This document shows positions 1 through 6,569 of a stretch of DNA of 10,056 bases, one piece after another. Position numbers and translations under genes: made by a program. Where the stretch lies: the UHGV virus genome UHGV-1666018, one strand, 5' to 3'. The first letter of the stretch is position 1, and each line of letters opens with the position of its first letter. The notes beneath the pieces were generated by a model. The model did no database searches. It saw nothing but the letters and a program-made list of their open reading frames with translations, and was not told where the DNA came from. Origin of the DNA: a virus.

Positions 1-5
1 TGCCT

Positions 6-39
6 GTCTCGTGGGCTCGGAGATGTGTATAAGAGACAG
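6..39. other. Illumina Nextera transposase adapter (Read-2 arm ending in the 19-bp Tn5 mosaic end); library artefact, not genomic
   Basis: Positions 6-39 read GTCTCGTGGGCTCGGAGATGTGTATAAGAGACAG, the Nextera adapter with the Tn5 mosaic end AGATGTGTATAAGAGACAG at 21-39. The preceding 5 nt are probably also adapter or index. Confidence 0.9.
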
Positions 40-753
40 GAGCGTTCCATCTCCAAAGCTATCCTCGGCGGCACGCTGACCACGGAAGCCGGAGACAAAG
101 GCGCGCGCTCGCTGGGTGAAGTGCATAACGAGGTGCGCCGGGAAATCAGGGATTCTGATTTACGTCAGCTGGCCGCCACGCTGAACCGCGATCTGGTGTA
201 TCCGCTGTATGCCCTGAACACCGCCCACGCCATTGATATCCGTCGCCTGCCGCGTATCTGTTTCCAGACAAAAGAGCCGGGGGATATCACCAAAATCACC
301 AGTGCGGTGATGCAGCTCAGTACGGGGATGGATATTCCTGATCCCTGGGTACGGGAGCAGACCGGTATTCCACAGCCTGCCCCCGGTGAAGCCATCTTCC
401 GTGTCCGTCAGAGTGGCAATGAACCTGCTCAGACAGACAAAGAGATGCCACCGGAAAAACAGGAAAAGACAGAGCAGACGGCGCTGTCAGCCCGAGTGCC
501 GGAAGCGAAAAGCAGCCCCCGTGATGAACTGGACGACATGGGGGACGCGGTGCCTGCCCGCCGGTTACAGGAGGCCATCGACCCGCTACTGGATCCGGTC
601 ATTGATGCCATCAGAACGCGGGGGCTGGCGGATGCGCTGGCAGACCTGCCCGCCCTTTACCGTGAAATGGATGATTCCCGTCTGATGACGCTGCTCAGTG
701 ATGCCATGTTTGCTGCGGAAATGAAGGGGATGCTGGATGGCACAGGGGATTGA
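40..753 (+). CDS. Portal protein, C-terminal fragment (Mu gp29/H-like); 5-prime truncated at the adapter junction
   Basis: Frame is open from the first genomic base and ends at TGA 751-753, overlapping the F start. It sits immediately upstream of a MuF-family gene, as the portal gene does in Mu. The GTG at 25 given by the ORF track lies inside the adapter and is not a real start. Confidence 0.7.
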   Translation, partial: ERSISKAILGGTLTTEAGDKGARSLGEVHNEVRREIRDSDLRQLAATLNRDLVYPLYALNTAHAIDIRRLPRICFQTKEPGDITKITSAVMQLSTGMDIPDPWVREQTGIPQPAPGEAIFRVRQSGNEPAQTDKEMPPEKQEKTEQTALSARVPEAKSSPRDELDDMGDAVPARRLQEAIDPLLDPVIDAIRTRGLADALADLPALYREMDDSRLMTLLSDAMFAAEMKGMLDGTGD

Positions 754-2062
754 TTTAGGTTATGCCGCGACCCTTCCCTCAAAAGAGGCAGTGGCATACT
801 TCCGCGCCAAAGGGGCGCATATCAGCTGGAACTGGTTCGAAACAAACGCAGATGTTCATGCCCGTTCATTCACGGCGGCAAAAGTGGCACGCCTGGACGT
901 ACTGACCACACTACAGGCGGAAGTGCAGCGTGCTGTTGATGAGGGGATTTCACAGAAAGCATTTATCCGCACACTGACGCCCCGCCTGCAAAAGCTGGGA
1001 TGGTGGGGAAAGCAGATTGTGGTGGACAGCGCCGGTAACGCGGAAGAAGTGCAGCTGGGCAGTCCCCGCCGTCTGGCGCTGATTTACAACGTGAACACCC
1101 GCGTGGCTTACAATGCCGGGCGTTACACGCAGATGATGAACAACACGGACACGCATCCGTTCTGGCAGTATGTGGCGGTGATGGACAGCCGCACCCGCCC
1201 GGCACATTCCGCCCTTAACGGGCTGGTATTCCGCTATGACGATCCGTTCTGGAATACACACTACCCGCCCAATGGCTGGAACTGTCGCTGCCGTGTCCGG
1301 CCATTGTCTCAGGCCCGTCTGGATGCAATGGGGTTATCCGTTTCATCCGGTCAGGATCATCTCTCCACCCGCAATGTTGAGGCTGGCGTGGATAAGCAGA
1401 CCGGGGAAGTCAGAGAAATGCCGGTGACCACATATTCAGATGGCACCAGAACCATGACACCGGATGTGGGCTGGTCATATAACCCCGGCTCGGCAGCGTT
1501 CGGCACAGACCAGGCGCTGATCCGCAAACTGATCGAGGTGAAAAGCCCGGAGTTACGGGAAATGGTGGTTCAGGAGATGAACAACAGCCCGGAGCGGCAG
1601 CTGGCGTTCCGCATCTGGGCAAAAAATATCATGAAGACCCGGCGCGGTGGTCACGATATCCGCACGCTGGGCTTTATGACCGAAAGTATTGCGCAGGCGG
1701 TGGAAAGCCGGACGGGAACACCTCCGGCCCGCCTGCTGGCTATGAGCGGTAAAAATGTGCTCCATGCGGACAGCGTGAAGCATCAGAATGATGGCATCGC
1801 CCTGACGCCGGAGGATTTCGCACAGCTTCCCGCCATGCTGGCCGCACCCGATGCCGTGCTGTGGGATAATGTCCACCAGAACCTGCTTTACATCACTGAA
1901 ACCCGTGACGGAACGGCAAAGATTGCCGTCAATGCGCCTTATGGTGTGAAGCGTCAGCCGGATAAGCTGGATGTGGTGATTAATGCCTACAGAGTGAGTC
2001 GTGCAACCCTGATTGATGCTGTCCGGGGTGGAAAACTGGAATTACTGGAAGGTAAGTTGTAA
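737..2062 (+). CDS. F: Phage head morphogenesis protein, MuF (gp30) family
   Basis: 441 aa ORF containing the MuF hallmark region RTRPAHSALNGLVF...HYPPNGWNCRCRVRPL. Position between portal and G-like genes matches Mu. A GA-rich stretch precedes the ATG. Confidence 0.85.
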   Translation: MAQGIDLGYAATLPSKEAVAYFRAKGAHISWNWFETNADVHARSFTAAKVARLDVLTTLQAEVQRAVDEGISQKAFIRTLTPRLQKLGWWGKQIVVDSAGNAEEVQLGSPRRLALIYNVNTRVAYNAGRYTQMMNNTDTHPFWQYVAVMDSRTRPAHSALNGLVFRYDDPFWNTHYPPNGWNCRCRVRPLSQARLDAMGLSVSSGQDHLSTRNVEAGVDKQTGEVREMPVTTYSDGTRTMTPDVGWSYNPGSAAFGTDQALIRKLIEVKSPELREMVVQEMNNSPERQLAFRIWAKNIMKTRRGGHDIRTLGFMTESIAQAVESRTGTPPARLLAMSGKNVLHADSVKHQNDGIALTPEDFAQLPAMLAAPDAVLWDNVHQNLLYITETRDGTAKIAVNAPYGVKRQPDKLDVVINAYRVSRATLIDAVRGGKLELLEGKL

Positions 2063-2149
2063 GCCGGTGGTGGGGGTCGAACCCACATAAACATCCTTCG
2101 GGCGAGGATATCCCTCAGGTGCCGCTTTACCAGTTAAGAGTACACCAGC
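2063..2149 (-). other. tRNA-like element (T-arm plus acceptor-stem mimic); not a confident tRNA gene
   Basis: On the minus strand the 3-prime part reads GTGGG-TTCGACC-CCCAC-CACCGGC: a canonical 5-bp T-stem, 7-nt TTCGANY-type T-loop and a 7-nt strand that pairs with GCTGGTG at the 5-prime end (7 bp, one G-U). The interior does not form a canonical D-arm or anticodon loop, and no CCA is encoded. Confidence 0.25.
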
Positions 2150-2187
2150 TTGTATTTATTTTAACCAGATAGTTTTACGGAGGCAAT

Positions 2188-2661
2188 ATGTCATCCATTG
2201 ATGCGGCTGTGGTGGTGGACGTTGCGCGTCTCCAGCGGGTGTTTGCCCGGCTTCAGTTTGTGGAAGGCGGGAAAGACCTGGCCCGCAGTGTGGCGGCGAG
2301 TCTTCTGTCATCGTCAGAAATGGCGTTTGAACAGGAAAAAGAGCCGGACGGCGAACGCTGGCATGACTGGTCAGATCCTTACCGCAAGTGGCGTACCCGT
2401 AAGGGATACATGCCCGGCAAAATCCTGACGCTAAACGGCGATCTGGCCCGACGCCTGACCACGGATTATGGCGATACCTGGGCGCTGATTGGATCAAATG
2501 AGCCTTATGCGGCCATTCATCAGTGGGGTGGCCTGCCCGGTATGCCACCGGGACCGGCAGCCATTGGCGCGCGTCCGTATATGGGCTTTGATCAGGTGGC
2601 AGAGCAGGAGATCATAGACGAAATCAGAAAACGCTTTAAAAAGGCCACAGAAACGCCTTAA
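2188..2661 (+). CDS. G: Virion morphogenesis protein, Mu G (gp31) family
   Basis: 157 aa ORF with a strong GGAGG Shine-Dalgarno sequence 5 nt upstream of the ATG. Size and position after F match Mu G. Confidence 0.8.
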   Translation: MSSIDAAVVVDVARLQRVFARLQFVEGGKDLARSVAASLLSSSEMAFEQEKEPDGERWHDWSDPYRKWRTRKGYMPGKILTLNGDLARRLTTDYGDTWALIGSNEPYAAIHQWGGLPGMPPGPAAIGARPYMGFDQVAEQEIIDEIRKRFKKATETP

Positions 2662-2836
2662 TTGTTTAAGGTATGCAGATGCATTACCTTACCCCCTTCA
2701 GGCGCGTGTCGTGATTTTCTAACCTGTATTTAACGGGCTTTAAAATCTGCGTGAAGCGCCTTTGCATTTTTTCCTGAAAGCACTTCCTGAAATCCCGCAA
2801 AACCCGCCCTGAAAAACACCGGCTTATGCTGCCGGA
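2662..2836 (+). promoter_or_regulatory. Non-coding region upstream of gene I with direct repeats; candidate late promoter or operator
   Basis: 175 bp with no credible ORF. Contains three direct copies of CCTGAAA (2773-2779, 2786-2792, 2808-2814), two CCCGC motifs, and a -10-like TAAAAT at 2741-2746 with a poor -35. In Mu a C-activated late promoter lies upstream of I. Confidence 0.3.
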
Positions 2837-3961
2837 ATGAAGACGAAAAACACGCCCAAACTTGCTTATGCCATTCTGAATGCCATCAGCCTGTCCGCAG
2901 ACGGGGACGGTGACTGGTGTCAGATCATGCCTGCCGGTCGGGTAAAGGCCCGTGACGGTCGCCCGGAAAAACCGGCTGAAGGCTGGCTGATTAACCGTGC
3001 GACCGTTGAGCGCATGGTATCCCGGGTTGTGGCGCTCAATCAGCCGGTAAAAATTGACTACAACCACCAGACCCTGATTAAGGGGCATCCGGCACCGGCT
3101 GCCGGTTTTGTCATGGCCTCACCGGAAAACTTCCGCTTCAGTGAAGAGCGGGGTTTTGAAGTGCGTCCGGACTGGAACCCTCCGGCCATTGAACACCTGC
3201 GCAATAACGAGTTTCCCTGGTTTTCCCCGGTGATTGGTTATGACGAAATCACCGGGGAACCTGTTGAGCTTCGGATGCTGGCTATTACCGGTGACCCCGG
3301 TCTGACTGGCATGAGTCCTGTCGCCGCACTGTCGGCGGATGACCTTTATAACGCCTTAAACCCTCCTTTAAAGGACACCTCCATGAATGAGCAATTACGC
3401 CAGTTGCTGACGGCGCTCGGTCTGACCGTGGCTGACGGTGACGAATTTACGCCGGAACTGGGCACGGCGGCGCTGTCTGCCCTTACCGGGATCAAAACCC
3501 GTGCGGATGCGCACGACACCCTGAAAACGCAGGTTGCCAGCCTGTCGGCAGAGCTGGAAACCGCAAAAGGCACACCAACTGGCGGCACTATTGATCTGAC
3601 GAAATACGTGCCCGTTGAGACGTATAACGCCCTGCGTACCGAATATGTCGCGCTGTCGGCACAGCACGGCAGCACCACGCTGGAGCAGTTGCTGGATAAG
3701 GCCGAGTCCGAAGGACGCATTTTCAAAAGCGAACGCGGATACATGGAAGGACTCGGACAACAGATTGGCGTTGCAGCACTTTCTGCACAGCTTGACGCCC
3801 GCCAGCCGGTTGCGGCTCTGACCACTCTTCAGACCGACACCGTGACCGTGCCGGATAAAAAGACCGCCACAGCCTCACTGTCGGCTGAAGATATCGCCGC
3901 CGCCCATCTGCTGGGTAAAACTGAAGCCGAGTTCCTGAAAATGAAAGAGGAAATGCAATAA
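2837..3961 (+). CDS. I: Head maturation protease / scaffold protein, Mu I (gp32) family
   Basis: 374 aa ORF between G-like and major-head genes. The C-terminal half is Ala/Leu/Glu/Gln-rich and predicted helical, as expected for a scaffold. Its stop overlaps the T start (TAATG). Confidence 0.8.
   Translation: MKTKNTPKLAYAILNAISLSADGDGDWCQIMPAGRVKARDGRPEKPAEGWLINRATVERMVSRVVALNQPVKIDYNHQTLIKGHPAPAAGFVMASPENFRFSEERGFEVRPDWNPPAIEHLRNNEFPWFSPVIGYDEITGEPVELRMLAITGDPGLTGMSPVAALSADDLYNALNPPLKDTSMNEQLRQLLTALGLTVADGDEFTPELGTAALSALTGIKTRADAHDTLKTQVASLSAELETAKGTPTGGTIDLTKYVPVETYNALRTEYVALSAQHGSTTLEQLLDKAESEGRIFKSERGYMEGLGQQIGVAALSAQLDARQPVAALTTLQTDTVTVPDKKTATASLSAEDIAAAHLLGKTEAEFLKMKEEMQ
3383..3961 (+). 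CDS. Possible nested scaffold protein from an internal in-frame start (Mu Z-like)
   Basis: In-frame ATG at 3383 preceded by AAGGA (3371-3375) at about 7 nt spacing. Downstream sequence is the scaffold-like half of I. Mu makes Z by internal initiation within I. Confidence 0.35.
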   Translation: MNEQLRQLLTALGLTVADGDEFTPELGTAALSALTGIKTRADAHDTLKTQVASLSAELETAKGTPTGGTIDLTKYVPVETYNALRTEYVALSAQHGSTTLEQLLDKAESEGRIFKSERGYMEGLGQQIGVAALSAQLDARQPVAALTTLQTDTVTVPDKKTATASLSAEDIAAAHLLGKTEAEFLKMKEEMQ

Positions 3962-4908
3962 TGCCTACCCCGATTACACCGGCGATGATCACCGCCCTGA
4001 TGACGGGCTACCGTTCTGATTTTCAGGCCGGGATGTCCATGGCTCCGTCGCAGTACCAGAAAATTGCGATGACCGTACCGTCCACGTCGAAATCCAACAC
4101 CTACGGCTGGCTTGGGCAGTTCCCGCAGTTCCGTGAGTGGATCGGCTCCCGCGTCATCGAGAAGATGAAAGCCTATGGCTACGCCATCGTGAACAAAACC
4201 TTCGAAGGCACCGTCGCCATTAGCCGCGATGACTTCGAAGACGACAATCTTGGCATCTACTCCCCATTGTTCCAGGAGATGGGGCGCGCTGCGGCGGCAC
4301 AACCGGATGAACTGGTCTTTGCTGCACTGCGTGACGGGATTAGTGCGGCCTGCTATGACGGCCAGAACTTCTTTGATACCGAACACCCGGTTTACCCCAA
4401 AGTGGATGGCTCCGGGGATGCACAGATGGTCAGCAATATGTTTGTGGCAAAAACCGGCTCTGTCGGTGCACAGGCGGATTACAGTGGCCCGGCCTGGTAT
4501 CTGCTCGACTGCTCCCGCGCGGTAAAACCGCTGATTTATCAGGATCGCCGCAAAGCCGAACTGGTTGCCCAGACAAAAGTCGATGAAGGCCGTGCGTTTA
4601 CTGATAACGAGTTTGTGTTCGGTGCTTCCGCCCGTCGCAATGTGGGCTACGGCTTCTGGCAGATGGCCTACATGATGCAGTCACCGCTGACGCTGGATGC
4701 GCTGTGGCACGGCTGGTCAGCCATGCGTGACTTTAAGGCTGACGGTGGCCGCAAACTCGGCATCAAACCCACCCATATTGTTGTCCCCACCTCGCTGGAA
4801 AAACAGGCGGTGCAGCTGCTGGAGCGCGAGCTGTTCGCAGACGGTAACGCCACAGTCTCTAACGAGATGAAGGGCAAGCTGGAGCTGGTTGTCGCGGATT
4901 ATCTGTAA
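3961..4908 (+). CDS. T: Major head (capsid) subunit, Mu T (gp34) family
   Basis: 315 aa ORF immediately after the protease/scaffold gene; size and position match Mu T. Followed by a strong stem-loop. Confidence 0.85.
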   Translation: MPTPITPAMITALMTGYRSDFQAGMSMAPSQYQKIAMTVPSTSKSNTYGWLGQFPQFREWIGSRVIEKMKAYGYAIVNKTFEGTVAISRDDFEDDNLGIYSPLFQEMGRAAAAQPDELVFAALRDGISAACYDGQNFFDTEHPVYPKVDGSGDAQMVSNMFVAKTGSVGAQADYSGPAWYLLDCSRAVKPLIYQDRRKAELVAQTKVDEGRAFTDNEFVFGASARRNVGYGFWQMAYMMQSPLTLDALWHGWSAMRDFKADGGRKLGIKPTHIVVPTSLEKQAVQLLERELFADGNATVSNEMKGKLELVVADYL

Positions 4909-4915
4909 ACGGTGA

Positions 4916-4934
4916 GCCGGGCTTACGGCCCGGC
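4916..4934 (+). other. Perfect 7-bp GC stem-loop after the major head gene; no U-tract
   Basis: GCCGGGC (4916-4922), loop TTACG, GCCCGGC (4928-4934); all seven pairs are G-C. It lies 8 nt after the T stop codon and is followed by GGAGGG and the next ATG rather than a T-run. Confidence 0.4.
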
Positions 4935-4951
4935 CCCTGCGGAGGGCAAAT

Positions 4952-5311
4952 ATGAATGAACATCACACTGTGGCAGCAACAGATGATTCAGGCCTTCAGG
5001 TCAGTGGTGACAGTCCTGTCACGGTACTGGCAGAAGTGCGTTGCAGTCGTACGCATTTTCGTCGTGCGGGGTTCCTGTTCATGCGGGGACGCCAGCAGGT
5101 TGACGTCACCCCGGAGCAGCTTGCCCGACTGGAAGCGGAGCCATGCCTCACTGTACGAATACTACAGACGCCTGGTGATGATGCGGGAGCCGTGGCGGGT
5201 GTGGTTCATGCAGAGACCGGTGCAGATTTAGCCGAAGCCGAAACCGTACAGGATGCTCCCCGGAAAAAGACCGGCAATAACGCCAGACAGGCGAAAAAGG
5301 CGCGCGCATGA
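4952..5311 (+). CDS. Small hypothetical head-module protein (position of Mu gp35)
   Basis: 119 aa ORF with a GGAGGG Shine-Dalgarno sequence 5 nt upstream. Its stop overlaps the next start (ATGA at 5308-5311). C-terminus is basic (PRKKTGNNARQAKKARA). Confidence 0.6.
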   Translation: MNEHHTVAATDDSGLQVSGDSPVTVLAEVRCSRTHFRRAGFLFMRGRQQVDVTPEQLARLEAEPCLTVRILQTPGDDAGAVAGVVHAETGADLAEAETVQDAPRKKTGNNARQAKKARA

Positions 5312-5727
5312 ATTACGCCACCGAAACCGATATGCGGGCACGTTACCGCGAGGATTTGCTCAGGCCATTACTGGCCGTGCCCCGTTCGGATGAACCGGAC
5401 ACGCGCAAGCTGAACCGGGCACTGACGGACGCGTCTGCCCTTATCGACAGCTATCTGTCTTCCCGTTACACGCTGCCGCTGGCGGTGGTTCCGGCGGTCC
5501 TTGTTCAGCATTGCTGCACGATTGCCTTTTATTACCTGTGCGATCAGCGGGCATCCGATCAGGCGCGTGACCGTTACCGTGAGGCGCTGGCCTGGCTGAA
5601 AGATGTCATGAACGGTAACGTGCCGGTCGGCGTGGATACAGACGGTGCGGCCCCTGAATCCGGGGATTTACCGCAGGTGCAGTCTGATGCGGCGGTGTTC
5701 GGGCGCAACCAGAAGGGCTTTATATGA
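5308..5727 (+). CDS. Head completion protein (position of Mu gp36/J)
   Basis: 139 aa ORF, coupled to both neighbours by ATGA overlaps. Family assignment is by synteny. Confidence 0.7.
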   Translation: MNYATETDMRARYREDLLRPLLAVPRSDEPDTRKLNRALTDASALIDSYLSSRYTLPLAVVPAVLVQHCCTIAFYYLCDQRASDQARDRYREALAWLKDVMNGNVPVGVDTDGAAPESGDLPQVQSDAAVFGRNQKGFI

Positions 5728-6287
5728 TTACGGAAACCGAGCAGGCGTACATCGCCCGTATCCGTGAGTATTTCGGGAATGAACTGGTGTCTGTTGACAC
5801 ACATCCCGGCGACTGGAGCGACAGCGTACTGCGCACCATGCTGATTAACGCCCCGGCTATCTATGTTGCCTGGCTGGGTGCCGGTGAAGGGCGTACCCGT
5901 GGGCGTCTGGTCAGTCACTGGGTGTTCTACGTCATCGGCGACATGCTCAATGGCCGTGAGGTCAGCCGTCCCGGGCTTTATCAGATTGTGGCCCGCCTGA
6001 TTACCGTGCTGGACGGCTTCAGAGCAGAAAAAACCTCACCGCTTTACTTTGAAAAGGCGGTCAACGGTTACACCGAAACGCAGGCAGGCAGCGGTGCCGT
6101 GATGTACGCCCTGTATTTCTCATGCGAGGAAATGATCGACCCGCTGACGGATATCAGCTCGCTGGATGATTTCCTGCGCCATTACGAAACCTTTACCGAA
6201 CCGGAAGGCACGCCGGAATTTAAGGCACACATCCGTCTGCCTGGTGCAACTGCCGCCGGTGAAAACGCCGGACTGTCAGAGGAATAA
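5724..6287 (+). CDS. Head-tail joining / virion protein (position of Mu gp37/K)
   Basis: 187 aa ORF starting at the ATGA overlap 5724-5727. Family assignment is by synteny. Confidence 0.7.
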   Translation: MITETEQAYIARIREYFGNELVSVDTHPGDWSDSVLRTMLINAPAIYVAWLGAGEGRTRGRLVSHWVFYVIGDMLNGREVSRPGLYQIVARLITVLDGFRAEKTSPLYFEKAVNGYTETQAGSGAVMYALYFSCEEMIDPLTDISSLDDFLRHYETFTEPEGTPEFKAHIRLPGATAAGENAGLSEE

Positions 6288-6290
6288 CAG

Positions 6291-6569
6291 ATGACAACCA
6301 TTTTTATTAAACCTGCGCCGGGATGCCTGATCCGCGATCCCGACACGATGACTCCGCTCTCTCAGGACGGGGAAGAGAAACCCTTCACTCCGTTCTGGTG
6401 CCGCCGTCTTAATGATGGCGACGTCATTGTGGTGGATAAAACGGCGGAGCCTGCCCCGGCTGCCACAACTGCTAATACCGGCGCGGCGGCAAAACCAGCG
6501 GGAGCGGTAGCAGAAAAAACTGCGGCGGTGGCTGAAAAAACCGCAGCATCAGATAAGGGGACGTCCTGA
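6291..6569 (+). CDS. Small hypothetical protein with repetitive Ala/Lys/Thr-rich C-terminal tail (position of Mu gp38)
   Basis: 92 aa ORF with GAGGAA 6 nt upstream of the ATG. Its stop overlaps the sheath start. The C-terminal tail contains a tandem AVAEKTAA repeat. Confidence 0.6.
   Translation: MTTIFIKPAPGCLIRDPDTMTPLSQDGEEKPFTPFWCRRLNDGDVIVVDKTAEPAPAATTANTGAAAKPAGAVAEKTAAVAEKTAASDKGTS

Noticed and set aside
25-39. GTG start codon at 25 for the first ORF (ORF track 25..753)
   Set aside because: The start and the first five codons lie inside the Nextera adapter. The genuine coding sequence is a 5-prime-truncated fragment beginning at 40.
21-39. Tn5 mosaic end as evidence of a real Tn5 insertion
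   Set aside because: It is preceded by the Nextera-specific GTCTCGTGGGCTCGG arm and sits at the extreme contig end, so it is a library adapter.
165-1876. Alternative-frame and antisense ORFs inside the portal and F genes (165..395, 386..685, 429..611, 950..1261, 963..1205, 1236..1427, 1410..1622, 1553..1876)
   Set aside because: They are fully embedded in well-supported genes and their translations are Arg/Cys/Ser-rich, as expected for out-of-frame reads of GC-rich coding DNA.
2063-2149. Calling a bona fide tRNA gene on the minus strand
   Set aside because: Only the T-arm and acceptor helix are canonical. The interior is about 15 nt too long for a class I tRNA, has no proper D-arm, the candidate anticodon loop lacks U33, and no CCA follows. 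It is reported only as a tRNA-like element.
2669-2691. Hairpin AAGGTA...TACCTT after the G stop as a Rho-independent terminator
   Set aside because: The stem is short and AT-containing with an 11-nt loop, and it is followed by a C-rich stretch rather than a U-tract.
2674-2715. 13-codon ORF (MQMHYLTPFRRVS) in the G-I intergenic region
   Set aside because: Too short and without a convincing ribosome-binding site. A leader peptide cannot be excluded but nothing supports it.
2156-4386. Minus-strand ORFs overlapping G, I and T (2156..2548, 2684..3088, 3346..3825, 3395..3760, 3723..3992, 3829..4386)
   Set aside because: All are antisense to conserved structural genes in GC-rich DNA where stop codons are scarce, and none has a ribosome-binding site or a free intergenic location.
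4956-5231. Alternative +1-frame ORF of 91 aa overlapping the gp35-position gene
   Set aside because: The 4952 frame has the GGAGGG ribosome-binding site and is translationally coupled to the next gene. The alternative frame has no ribosome-binding site and a Cys/Arg/Trp-rich translation.
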